Origin: Bacillales bacterium
GTDB taxonomy: Bacteria > Bacillota > Bacilli > Bacillales > DASSOY01
Direction of reading: 5' to 3'
DNA: 64,000 nucleotides
NCBI GenBank assembly: GCA_035700025.1
Contig: DASSOY010000012.1
Location: 47,191 to 111,190 of the forward strand
Shown here: positions 7,523-16,569 of the stretch, piece after piece
Position numbering within the stretch: the first letter of the stretch is position 1
Layout: each line of letters opens with the position of its first letter
Translations under genes and position numbers: made by a program
Notes under the pieces: model-generated
Told to the model about the DNA's origin: nothing
The model's database searches: none
The model's input: only the letters and a program-made list of their open reading frames with translations

Positions 7523-7556
7523 CCTGCTTCATACCGAGTTTGAAGCAGGTTTTTTT
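7523..7556 (+). terminator. Intrinsic terminator after flavodoxin
   Basis: Stem CCTGCTTCA / TGAAGCAGG followed by T7. Confidence 0.8.
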
Positions 7557-7720
7557 ATGGCACCGCGTTTCCCGTACGTCTGCCGCTCTTTTTCACTCAC
7601 AGTTTAACGATTCCCATCTTCCCAGCATGTTTTCTTTCATTCTCTTGAAGCTGCCGTCATATCTTGTCCACCCTTCGCATATTCATGTTGTACAACCTAT
7701 CGCGAAGGAGAGAATCCAAA

Positions 7721-8638
7721 TTGAACGCTTCAGCACCCTACACGGCTCCCGTAATCGAATACAAAAAGAACACGTTGTTCTTCATCCTTCCTTTCGGAAT
7801 TTTGCTATTGTTGTTCGGCGCACTCGTTACCGGTCATCTCGACGACCGGCTTCAAAAGCACGCGTTTTTTGCGTCCGGAAGCGCAACGTTTGCGCATTGG
7901 AATACGGAAACATTCTTAAACAATCATTCTCTGTCGAAACTGTTTGAATTTGAATCACATAAAGCCTATGCCGCGGGTGACAACCGCTTGAAGATCAAAA
8001 ATAAAAAACCGCCCGAAGTCTCGATGCGAACCGAGGAAACCGACAGCGGCAAAGCTGCGTCGGTTGTTCATTCCAGATTGCTGAAACAGAAAGCATACTT
8101 GCATGAAGCCGTCAAAGCGGAAAACGAATCGCATCAATCGTCCGTTTCCATCCCGAACGACCTTTCGGCTTATGGCGCAAAAGTGATCCCAAAGAAATTT
8201 CTGAGCGTCTATCAAAGGGCAGCGGCAAAGTACGATGTTCCATGGAATTTAATCGCCGCCGTTCATCGAGTGGAAACCAACTTCAGCAAAAATTTGCAAG
8301 TCAGCAGCGCAGGCGCCATTGGACCAACGCAATTCATGACATGCACGTGGGTCGGCTGGTCTTATTCCGGTTGCGGTGGACTCGGCGATGCAGAAATGCC
8401 GCAGCAAGTACTTACCGATCCTGACGTGATAAAAAAATACGGCGGTTATGGCGTTGACGGTGACGGCGACGGCAAAGCCGATCCGATGGATTTGCAAGAC
8501 GCCATTTATTCAACCGCCAATTATTTAGCGGCCAACGGTGCCGATTCTGGGAAAATACGTCAAGCCGTGCATGCATACAACCATAGTTCTGCATACGTTC
8601 ACGATGTGTTACGTTTTGCTGATCATTTTTCCGCTTGA
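7721..8638 (+). CDS. Membrane-anchored lytic transglycosylase (SLT domain) protein
   Basis: An N-terminal TM segment (LFFILPFGILLLLFGALV) is followed by C-terminal SLT motifs VHRVETNFS, GPTQFM and AYNHSSAYV. The start is set at the TTG at 7721 (AAGGAG 10 nt upstream). The track ORF starts at 7664. Confidence 0.8.
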   Translation: MNASAPYTAPVIEYKKNTLFFILPFGILLLLFGALVTGHLDDRLQKHAFFASGSATFAHWNTETFLNNHSLSKLFEFESHKAYAAGDNRLKIKNKKPPEVSMRTEETDSGKAASVVHSRLLKQKAYLHEAVKAENESHQSSVSIPNDLSAYGAKVIPKKFLSVYQRAAAKYDVPWNLIAAVHRVETNFSKNLQVSSAGAIGPTQFMTCTWVGWSYSGCGGLGDAEMPQQVLTDPDVIKKYGGYGVDGDGDGKADPMDLQDAIYSTANYLAANGADSGKIRQAVHAYNHSSAYVHDVLRFADHFSA

Positions 8639-9178
8639 CGCCTCATATTCTTGTTTGAGCAAGCCGTACACATCATTGTCTAGCAGTTGTCCGCAGACTC
8701 TTTCGACTTGGCGCAATCGGCCCTCCAAACGGAAGCCGAGCCGTTCGGGAATAGCACAGCTTTTTACGTTTCCGGTTGCCACCCGAATTTCCACACGGTT
8801 CAAAGGCAGTTGTCCAAACAGAAAAGCGATCATCCGCTCGCACGACCGGCTCATGATCCCTTTTCCTTCATGCTCTTTATCGAGCCAATATGAAAGCTGC
8901 GCCGATCCTGCAAAAAAATTAATGTCGGTGAACCCGATCATGCCGATGATTTTTCCGTCGACGTAGATCCCGAGATGGTAGCCTTGCTCAATCGTGTCTG
9001 GATGGGTCCATTTCCGAATCAATCGAACGAGGTCCTCTTCGCTCTCGACGTGATTTGTCCATTCGATCCAACGCTGCAGTCGTTTTTTGTTTTTTTCGAT
9101 CCGTTGATACAAAGCTTTTGCTTCCCGGCTGTCAATCGTTTGAATTTTGATGTTGTCGTTCACGTTCATTTCCATCAT
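8609..9178 (-). CDS. GNAT family N-acetyltransferase (RimJ/RimL-like)
   Basis: Contains LSYWLDKEHEGKGIMSRSCERMIAFLF...NRVEIRVATGNVKSCAIPERLGFRLEG, the acetyl-CoA binding Q/RxxGxG/A-like motif. The start is set at the ATG at 9178 (GGAGGAG 8 nt upstream). Confidence 0.85.
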   Translation of the reverse strand: MMEMNVNDNIKIQTIDSREAKALYQRIEKNKKRLQRWIEWTNHVESEEDLVRLIRKWTHPDTIEQGYHLGIYVDGKIIGMIGFTDINFFAGSAQLSYWLDKEHEGKGIMSRSCERMIAFLFGQLPLNRVEIRVATGNVKSCAIPERLGFRLEGRLRQVERVCGQLLDNDVYGLLKQEYEASSGKMISKT

Positions 9179-9334
9179 TCCGGCCGCTCCTCCAGCTTTC
9201 ATTTCTCCTTTTTCCGGTGACCTTTTTCCTTGCATATATCGTATGCAACGTATTTTGTGGGTGTATGGTCGGCGGCGGGGATCGGCTGAAATTAGGTTCT
9301 CTTCCCATCGTCACGCGGGAGTTAACGGTCCGTT

Positions 9335-10231
9335 TTAAAGGATCCTTACAACGATATAGCCGATCACGACCGCGATCAACGCGCTGAGTAAGCTTCCAAT
9401 CAAATAATATTCCGCGAATTGTTTGCTTTCGAACTGTTTGAAACGAGTCAAGGATTTCACAGCAATCAAGTAAGCAAGTCCTTGAGGCGTGCCTTGAACG
9501 ATGAAAATGATAATGAGCATCCGCTCGGCCATGCCTATGTATCGCCCCATTCGTTGCGGTGAGTCGCTCAACAATTGCTCGGTTTTCGTCGTCGTGATGA
9601 CATTTTCCTGTTCGCCTTTTTCATTTACCGTCGTTTTGATTTCCGTTTGCTCATTGGAAATGTTGTATTTGCCTTTTTCTAATACGGGTCCGGGGAGCAT
9701 GTCCCGCAAAAGAATGCCGAGAAAATAACCCGTCCCTTTCGTAGCGATAATCACAAGGATCGCCAGCAGCAACAATTTGGTCATGTTTCCGAACTCGAGG
9801 TCGTCAAATAAAAATTGCAATAGTTTTGTTTTCGCCTGAATAAAGTTCCATTGGTAAATGCCGAGCATCCGGCCAATGACAAATAACCAGGTGATATGGG
9901 CGATCTGATCGGCAATAAACAGCAGAGCTGCGTAAAGGGGGCGCGGGAACCGCATGACAAGGGCTTCTTTCAGCCAATCGACGCCGTAATGGGATAACGA
10001 GATGAGAACGATCGCCAGCCACAAGGAAATGGAAAAGATGTTGGATTCGGAGTTGGCGGTACTCCATGCAAAAATCACTACGGCAAACGCACTGGTTAAA
10101 AAATGAGTGCCGGCATGAAAGAACAACCCGGTGTGACGCTTCCTCTTTTTCAAATCGTTCATTCGGTTCGTCTGCAAAACGAAATCCGCCGTGAAATGAG
10201 CCAACAATAAAACCATCATCCATTCAAACAT
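9335..10231 (-). CDS. DUF3307 (SatC-like) polytopic membrane protein
   Basis: The N-terminus MFEWMMVLLLAHFTADFVLQT is the DUF3307 signature. There are several TM segments and a charged soluble insertion. It lies 4 nt downstream of the SatD gene. Confidence 0.8.
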   Translation of the reverse strand: MFEWMMVLLLAHFTADFVLQTNRMNDLKKRKRHTGLFFHAGTHFLTSAFAVVIFAWSTANSESNIFSISLWLAIVLISLSHYGVDWLKEALVMRFPRPLYAALLFIADQIAHITWLFVIGRMLGIYQWNFIQAKTKLLQFLFDDLEFGNMTKLLLLAILVIIATKGTGYFLGILLRDMLPGPVLEKGKYNISNEQTEIKTTVNEKGEQENVITTTKTEQLLSDSPQRMGRYIGMAERMLIIIFIVQGTPQGLAYLIAVKSLTRFKQFESKQFAEYYLIGSLLSALIAVVIGYIVVRIL

Positions 10232-10235
10232 GAAA

Positions 10236-10937
10236 TCAATCCCCCTCTTTTTCTAACCGTTGCTGCCAATCTTCGAGAAGCTCGAGCAAGCTTTCCTCCA
10301 TTGCACGGACAAGCTGGAAGTCCGCTCTGCTTAACAAATAGCTGACGGTCGATTTCGGGGATTTGTAGCCAAGTTGTTCACCGATTTGTTCGTAGCTCAG
10401 CTCGGGATTTTGCTGAATTCTTTCGATTACTTCGTTTTGCTTGCCCGTGCGCCGATAGCGTTTTTCAAGAATGGCGAAAATTAACGCGTTCACGGCTTGA
10501 TAAGGGAAATTGCGCTGGTAGAAAAAAACGGCGCTCTCCCCCGGATCTTGAAATTGCCACGATTTAGCGTCTGGGTGTTCGTTTTTCAAATAATCGTCCC
10601 GTGCTTTAAAAGCGTGAACAACCGCAGTCCCGTTCATTGTGTGCACCGTTGCCTCCGGATGGTCCAACGTCCCGGTCCCCATCCCCACATAAAGCGCCAT
10701 CCCCGTCTTACTCGCTGATCGAATCATGTTCATGCCTGCCCTATATCCGCTCGGAAAGGAACGAAGCACACCGACAATTTCATCGCCGTTGCGGACGGCA
10801 AACGGAATAAGAATGCCCGATTGGAAATCTTGATTCAATTGTTCTACGATTTTTTTTAATGAGACGGTCAACTGCCGGCTGTCAAGCTCTTTTGAACGCT
10901 TGACGTCGGCAGCAACACAAATGCACGTTTGCTGCAT
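10236..10937 (-). CDS. SatD family protein (cyclase/palm-like N-terminal domain plus C-terminal HTH)
   Basis: Contains CVAADVKRSKEL ... FAVRNGDEIVGVL ... and C-terminal LSYEQIGEQLGYKSPKSTVSYLLSRA. The SatD-plus-DUF3307 pairing matches the Streptococcus mutans sat locus (recalled). Confidence 0.8.
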   Translation of the reverse strand: MQQTCICVAADVKRSKELDSRQLTVSLKKIVEQLNQDFQSGILIPFAVRNGDEIVGVLRSFPSGYRAGMNMIRSASKTGMALYVGMGTGTLDHPEATVHTMNGTAVVHAFKARDDYLKNEHPDAKSWQFQDPGESAVFFYQRNFPYQAVNALIFAILEKRYRRTGKQNEVIERIQQNPELSYEQIGEQLGYKSPKSTVSYLLSRADFQLVRAMEESLLELLEDWQQRLEKEGD

Positions 10938-10964
10938 GTCTTCACCTTCTGCTCATGAATTTCG

Positions 10965-11014
10965 ATCAACTGCCGCTAAGTTGATGGAAATAGATCAACT
11001 AGAGGGAAGTTGAT
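10965..11014. promoter_or_regulatory. Two tandem 21-bp palindromic operators ATCAACT-N7-AGTTGAT (10965-10985 and 10994-11014), 28-77 bp upstream of satD
   Basis: Read directly from the sequence: GATCAACTgccgctaAGTTGATg and GATCAACTagagggaAGTTGATg, repeating with a 29-bp period. Confidence 0.5.
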
Positions 11015-11044
11015 GCTCTAACAACAACTTTAACGGATCGATAG

Positions 11045-11087
11045 AGAAAAAACAACACCGCCCAAGGCAATGCTGCCTAGAGCGGTG
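11045..11087 (-). terminator. Intrinsic terminator after the CAP-domain gene
   Basis: Minus strand: CACCGC...GCGGTG stem followed by TTGTTTTTTCTC. Confidence 0.7.
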
Positions 11088-11116
11088 CAACGATGAAAGA
11101 TTCAATGATACGAAAA

Positions 11117-11821
11117 TTACCCCGTGAATTCCTGTGACCATATGTTGCCTTCGGAAATGTAGCCGACACCAATATGGGTATAATGCGGGTTTAAGATGTT
11201 TTCGCGATGCCCTTTGCTGTTCATCCAAGCGTTGACGACTTCTTCCGGGGATCGCTGTCCTTTCGCAATGTTCTCCCCGGCGTAATTGTAAGATATGCCG
11301 TACGCCTTCATCATGTCGAACGGAGATCCGTAAGTCGGGGAGTTGTGAGCAAAATAATGATGGACGGCCATGTCACGCGATTTGTCACGCGCCATTTTAC
11401 TCAGGTCGACGTCCGTTTTCAACGGCTTCAGCCCGCGCTTTGTTCTTTCTTGGTTCGTCAAGACGATCACTTGTTGTTCGTACTTGTTCAACTGATCGTT
11501 TTGCTGTTGGTCATCCGAACCTCCTGGTGACGGCTGTGGAACTGGCTGAGGCTGCGTCGGGGACGGATCTTGTTTCGGCGATTTTCCTGGCGAAGGAATG
11601 CACTTTTCCCAATCCATGTGGCGATGCAAGTAATCTTTTACATACGTCTCCCACCATTGATTGGAAAATCCGGCATCCTTCCCGTTCGAAGAATGGTAAT
11701 ATTTATAAACATGAACGTTCGTTTGCCCATGATAATCCGCCGCATGTGCGGAATTCGCTTGAAACCCTGCAATGCTTAAAGCAGTTGCGAGAACGGCCGT
11801 TATTGCTATTTTTTTCAACAA
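11117..11821 (-). CDS. Secreted CAP/SCP (YkwD-like) domain protein with a Pro/Gln-rich linker
   Basis: A signal peptide (MLKKIAITAVLATALSIAGFQANSAHA) is followed by a C-terminal CAP block (LTNQERTKRGLKPL...HYFAHNSPTYGSPFDMM...GENIAKG...VNAWMNSKGHRENILN). Confidence 0.85.
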   Translation of the reverse strand: MLKKIAITAVLATALSIAGFQANSAHAADYHGQTNVHVYKYYHSSNGKDAGFSNQWWETYVKDYLHRHMDWEKCIPSPGKSPKQDPSPTQPQPVPQPSPGGSDDQQQNDQLNKYEQQVIVLTNQERTKRGLKPLKTDVDLSKMARDKSRDMAVHHYFAHNSPTYGSPFDMMKAYGISYNYAGENIAKGQRSPEEVVNAWMNSKGHRENILNPHYTHIGVGYISEGNIWSQEFTG

Positions 11822-12056
11822 TTGACTGCACCTCTTTCGATAAAATTTATGAATGAATTGCGCACGCTCATCATAACATGTGATTGTTGTAATAATTTTG
11901 GCATAAATTGTTTAGTCGCATCGGTACGTGAAAAGTTTGCGGGAACGGCGGTTTTACCGTCTTTCCGAAATCATTGGCAAGCAAATGATGGATCCTAAGC
12001 CACGAATTGCATAATAAAAGGGATTGACAATCTTCATATCAAGGAAATTATGTAAC

Positions 12057-12083
12057 TTAATGTAATAGTATTGTTACATTAAA
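12057..12083. promoter_or_regulatory. Inverted repeat TTAATGTAA-N9-TTACATTAA, with an extra direct half-site TTATGTAA at 12049-12056, next to a TTGACA at 12024-12029
   Basis: Perfect 9-bp arms read from the sequence. It lies in the 478-bp region upstream of inhA. Confidence 0.4.
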
Positions 12084-12308
12084 GGGGGTTGATTGTAAGA
12101 TCACAAGTCTTAGAAACACTCACACTAGTTCTAAAGAACTACGTTAATGGCAAATACATGAGTCGTATGACCCGTTTATTTGTTTTTTATCAAATTGATG
12201 AAGGAATTTTGAAACAAATCAAGAATTTTTCAATTTAACGGAAAGCCATTCGACGGGGGCTCAAAGGAGGACAGGGATTTCGGAACCGTCAATAAACGAT
12301 TGGAGGGA

Positions 12309-14735
12309 ATGGGATTGTCGGATTGGAAGAAGAAATTAGGGATTCCGGTTCTATCAGCGGGGTTGATTTTCGGTGCGTTCTCACCTTCGCTTGCCTCTGC
12401 GCAAGGGAAAGGAACAAATGATGAAAACGTATTGGCGAAAAATACGCTTGTAAGAAGTCATTTCAAAAACGGCCCATTCGATATCGGACTTGTTAATGAT
12501 GAAAAACTGATGAAATCATTGATCGAACAAGGCGTGATCGATAAGAATGCGTCGACGAAAGAGCAGCGGGAAGCATTGAAAGCCTATGTCACCGAAAGGT
12601 CCGAACATGCCAAAGCCCGAGCGAACGACAGTTTGAAAGAACAGAAACAAGCGAGAAGCGACCTGCAGAAAAAAGCGGGATTGGCACAAAAAGGAACGAA
12701 AGCGGGTAAAAGCGATGTGAAACATCCGAACCAGTTTTGGAATCCTGGTCAAGATCCGGATGATCCGGATTCGATTGAACAGGAAAACTGGAACGGAACC
12801 GTAAGGCATGACAAAGTGCTCGTTTTGCTCGTCGAGTATCCGGATTATCCGCATAACCAAATTCGGCCGGAAGACGATCCGGTCCTCTTGTATGATGATT
12901 TCGACCGGACGCATTATCAAAGCATGATCTTCGGAAACAATGGCTATGTCGGGCCAGACGGGCAAAACTTGATTTCCGTCAACGAGTTTTACCATCAACA
13001 ATCCGGCGGAAGCTATGATATTTCCGGAAACGTCCATGGATGGTACATGGCGGAACACAACGCTGCTTATTACGGTGGGAATGACAAGAGCGGAAACGAC
13101 GCGCATCCGCGCGAACTCGTTGTTGAAGCCCTTCAAGCGGCAGCCGATGACGGTGTCAATTTAAATGAATATGATCAAGAAGATCCGTACGATCTTGACG
13201 GCGACGGCGATGTGCGCGAACCGGACGGTCTCGTCGATCATTTGATGATCATCCATTCCGGTGTTGGCGAAGAAGCCGGTGGAGGCGCTTTGGGACCGGA
13301 CGCAATATGGAGTCACAGTTGGAGTTTGCCTGGACCGATTCCGATTCAAGGCACGAATGCGGACGTTCCGTATTGGGGCGGCGAAATTGCCGGCTATGAT
13401 TATACGATTGAACCGGAAGACGGAGCCGCAGGCGTCTTTGCTCATGAGTACGGACACGATCTCGGCCTCCCCGACGAATACGACATTGCTTACAGCACGG
13501 GCTTCGGATCGACGGTAGGCTATTGGTCGATCATGGCGTCGGGAAGCTGGACCGGCAAAATTCCGGGAACTGAACCGAGCGGCTTTAGTGCTTACGACAA
13601 AGAATTCTTGCAGGCAGAAATGCCGAATTCGAATTGGCTTCACGACGAAGTCGTCGATTTTGCGGACTTGGCGGATTCTCAAGAATTTAAGCTGGATGAG
13701 GCAAGTGTGAAAGGGAAAAATCTAGATGCCTTGCGTGTAAATTTACCCGACAAAAAAACACAAGTCAATACGCCGGCGAGCGGAAGCTATGAATATTTCA
13801 GCGGCAGCGGAAACTATTTAGACCATTCGATGGTTGCGACGGTAGACTTGACGAATGCGAGCAACGCTGTTTTGTCGTTCAAAGCTTGGTACGATATTGA
13901 ACCCGGCTGGGATTATGGTTCCGTACAAGTGAAACAAGGCGACGAGTGGGTCTCGATTCCCGGCACTATTACGACACAGGAAGATCCGCACGGGCAAAAT
14001 CCGGGCTATGGAATCACTGGTTCTTCCAACGGATGGGTTGATGCGAACTTCGATTTGTCGGCATTCGCCGGTCAACAAGTCACGTTCCGGGTCAATTATT
14101 GGACGGACGGAGCCGCCGTACACCCGGGGCTTTACGTCGATGATCTTTCCGTTGCAGCCGACGGTAATGAGATCTTGCATGACGGTGCCGAATCTGTGGA
14201 TTCCGCTTTTGATCTTCAAGGGTTCCAGCGGGATCAAGGCATCCGCACAACAACCCATTACTATTTACTCGAATGGCGTAACTGGGAAGCGGCTGACAGC
14301 GGTCTCGCTCACATTCGCCGCGGAGCATCGCTCATGACGTATGATCCGGGTCTCGTTGTCTGGTATGTGGATAACAAATATTCTGACAATATTGGATTCT
14401 TCCACCCTGGACACGGATTTCTCGGTGTCGTCGATGCTCATACGGATTTAGCTGTATGGAGCGATGGTTTTCTGGCATCGAATGATTACCAAGTGCAAGA
14501 CGCAGCGTTTTCGATGTACAAGACCGACGAAATGTACTTGGATTACACCGATTTGTATGGGTTCTATTTATACGAACGCAGCCAGCCGAGCAAAGCGTTG
14601 TTTCATGATCACATGCAATATTATGACGACAAATATCCTTACATCGGTTTGAAACTGCCGGAGTACGGATTGAAGGTTCGCGTCATCGGTCAGAGCGATG
14701 ACAACAGTGTCGGCGCGATTTCGATTAAGAAGTAA
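12309..14735 (+). CDS. inhA: Immune inhibitor A-type M6 family metalloprotease (secreted)
   Basis: Contains the zinc motif HEYGHDLGLPDEYD, a signal peptide (...AFSPSLASAQG) and InhA-like blocks (VLVLLVEYPDY, EFYHQQSGGSY). The start is ambiguous: TTG 12300, ATG 12309, or TTG 12315. The last has the best spacing to GGAGGG. Confidence 0.9.
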   Translation: MGLSDWKKKLGIPVLSAGLIFGAFSPSLASAQGKGTNDENVLAKNTLVRSHFKNGPFDIGLVNDEKLMKSLIEQGVIDKNASTKEQREALKAYVTERSEHAKARANDSLKEQKQARSDLQKKAGLAQKGTKAGKSDVKHPNQFWNPGQDPDDPDSIEQENWNGTVRHDKVLVLLVEYPDYPHNQIRPEDDPVLLYDDFDRTHYQSMIFGNNGYVGPDGQNLISVNEFYHQQSGGSYDISGNVHGWYMAEHNAAYYGGNDKSGNDAHPRELVVEALQAAADDGVNLNEYDQEDPYDLDGDGDVREPDGLVDHLMIIHSGVGEEAGGGALGPDAIWSHSWSLPGPIPIQGTNADVPYWGGEIAGYDYTIEPEDGAAGVFAHEYGHDLGLPDEYDIAYSTGFGSTVGYWSIMASGSWTGKIPGTEPSGFSAYDKEFLQAEMPNSNWLHDEVVDFADLADSQEFKLDEASVKGKNLDALRVNLPDKKTQVNTPASGSYEYFSGSGNYLDHSMVATVDLTNASNAVLSFKAWYDIEPGWDYGSVQVKQGDEWVSIPGTITTQEDPHGQNPGYGITGSSNGWVDANFDLSAFAGQQVTFRVNYWTDGAAVHPGLYVDDLSVAADGNEILHDGAESVDSAFDLQGFQRDQGIRTTTHYYLLEWRNWEAADSGLAHIRRGASLMTYDPGLVVWYVDNKYSDNIGFFHPGHGFLGVVDAHTDLAVWSDGFLASNDYQVQDAAFSMYKTDEMYLDYTDLYGFYLYERSQPSKALFHDHMQYYDDKYPYIGLKLPEYGLKVRVIGQSDDNSVGAISIKK

Positions 14736-14746
14736 GCTTTTCCGTA

Positions 14747-14774
14747 AATACCCGCCCATCGGGCGGGTATTTTC
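14747..14774. terminator. Terminator hairpin between convergent inhA and the DUF6044-like gene
   Basis: Stem ATACCCGCCC / GGGCGGGTAT followed by TTT on the plus strand. Confidence 0.8.
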
Positions 14775-16434
14775 AAGTTGGCCGAACCACGTACAAATAG
14801 ATCGTCCATGGCGATGAGTCATTTGTAAAAGTATGAACAAGCTTTAATTTCAACTGGTTGGCGTTCGCGATTTTCACGGCGGATAAAACGTAGTCCCCTC
14901 CCATTTTTTTCAACGCTTTCGTATTGAAATCGAGGTTATCGACCGTGCGTTTCCCCCCGGTAAACATGTAATGTTTTCCGAGTTCATCGGCGAATAAATA
15001 ACAACGGCTGCCCCAATTGTCGTAATAATATTTTAACGTGTGGTTTTTTTTCAGTTCGGGAGCAATGATTTTTCGGAATTGGCGTTTGTATTCAAGCGGG
15101 TAGCTGACAATGTAACCGTCCAACGTATAAAAACCATTGTACTGCGCGATGCTCGGATGCATGCCGAGGCTGACGACCCGGTAATCTGACGGTTCTTTCC
15201 CGATATACGCTTGGATCGATTCGAACAGTTCTGTCGAATAAAACTGTTTGTACGTAACGGAATCGCTTCGGCGGTATTTCCATTCCTCGCAAAAATAAAA
15301 CGTAATGGCGATTTGCACCCCCATCAGTCCGAGCGCGAAAGGTCTCCCCCACTTCAAATGCTTCCAAATGAACGTCAAAGCGAGCGCAAAACAGATGTAC
15401 CAAATTGGCGGCTCGAGAAATTGAAAGCGACCGAAATTGAACGTCTCGAAAATTTTCCATTGTTCCTTCAATGGTTTGATTCCCCGCCAACAATACACGC
15501 CATACCAAACCGACAACACCCCGTTAAGCATGAACAGCCAAAACAACGTTTTCACGTTGATTCGTTTCCAAAAGGCGAGCAGCAAAACGATGACGATCAC
15601 CGGTAATACGATCCATTCAGTCAAGCGAATGACGTGAGTATACCCGACGATGAACACATAGGCGGCGATTCCAACGGCGTCGAACAGATCGCCGTTTCCC
15701 CTGTCGAAGGAAACACGATGTGAGACGAAATCAGGATTAATCACCATTTGATAAATGATGCGGTAATTGATGAACAAATACACGGCAGTCATGAACGCCA
15801 ATGCGCCGAAGAAACGGGCGTTGAACCGTTTTGTTTGAATGAAGTCGTACAACCACAAAATACTTAAACACGCGAGAAAAAAAACAAAACTTAACACGAA
15901 ACTTGAGTAAAACGGGAGAAGTGCAATGATCGCCCACTGTTGCAGCTTCCCTTTCCCTTGGCGAATGTCGAGAAATGCGTACAGCGCGAGCGGCAATCCG
16001 GCAATGGATCCACCGCCTGGCGCCCAGTATGGAAGCAATGCGTAAACGAGGGCCGTACCGTTCAAAATAAATGAAGGGGCTTCCTTTGGAAGAAAATAAT
16101 GGGTCAGCAAGAGCCGCATGCCGAAAAAAGCAAGAAGTCTCAAAAACAATTGATTTAACGCATAAGCCGTAAAAGGCGGCATAAATGCAAACATCAGAAC
16201 GAACAAGTTCCATTGGGTGCCTAACGAATTTCTCGGCAATCCATTCATGATGTTTGGGATGACGGCATCGACGCTGGCAAACAGCGTTCCTGTATCAGCC
16301 AATACTTTATACCAGGCAATATTGGAATCAAGGCTGTCATGAATTCTTACGTGGGCGTTTTCACCGAGAATGAAATAAGGGGATACATACAATAACAATA
16401 GTCCGATTGCCAGCCAAAATCCACGCGATTTCAT
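14773..16434 (-). CDS. Large polytopic membrane protein, DUF6044-like (function unknown)
   Basis: About 12 predicted TM segments. The N-terminus reads LLLYVSPYFILGENAHVRIHDSLDSNIAWYKVLADTG...IPNIMNGLPRNSLG. The family assignment is from memory. The start is set at the ATG at 16434 (AAAGGAG 6 nt upstream). Confidence 0.6.
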   Translation of the reverse strand: MKSRGFWLAIGLLLLYVSPYFILGENAHVRIHDSLDSNIAWYKVLADTGTLFASVDAVIPNIMNGLPRNSLGTQWNLFVLMFAFMPPFTAYALNQLFLRLLAFFGMRLLLTHYFLPKEAPSFILNGTALVYALLPYWAPGGGSIAGLPLALYAFLDIRQGKGKLQQWAIIALLPFYSSFVLSFVFFLACLSILWLYDFIQTKRFNARFFGALAFMTAVYLFINYRIIYQMVINPDFVSHRVSFDRGNGDLFDAVGIAAYVFIVGYTHVIRLTEWIVLPVIVIVLLLAFWKRINVKTLFWLFMLNGVLSVWYGVYCWRGIKPLKEQWKIFETFNFGRFQFLEPPIWYICFALALTFIWKHLKWGRPFALGLMGVQIAITFYFCEEWKYRRSDSVTYKQFYSTELFESIQAYIGKEPSDYRVVSLGMHPSIAQYNGFYTLDGYIVSYPLEYKRQFRKIIAPELKKNHTLKYYYDNWGSRCYLFADELGKHYMFTGGKRTVDNLDFNTKALKKMGGDYVLSAVKIANANQLKLKLVHTFTNDSSPWTIYLYVVRPT

Positions 16435-16569
16435 GTAAGTCTCCTTTAAATTGAGCTCTTCTTCGTATAGAATAGCCAAGAAAGAAAGAATCTATCACCA
16501 TGATTGGTTGTTCATGATGGAAAATGCGGAATTCCATTTTCCCGAATGCGAAGGAAAGTGGTGAAAACG

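Noticed and set aside
8609-8638. 30-nt convergent overlap of the SLT-domain gene and the GNAT gene (and a similar 32-nt overlap at 42745-42776)
   Set aside because: Both partners in each pair have family-typical C-termini up to their stops. Short convergent 3' overlaps are common, and nothing suggests a frameshift or misassembly.
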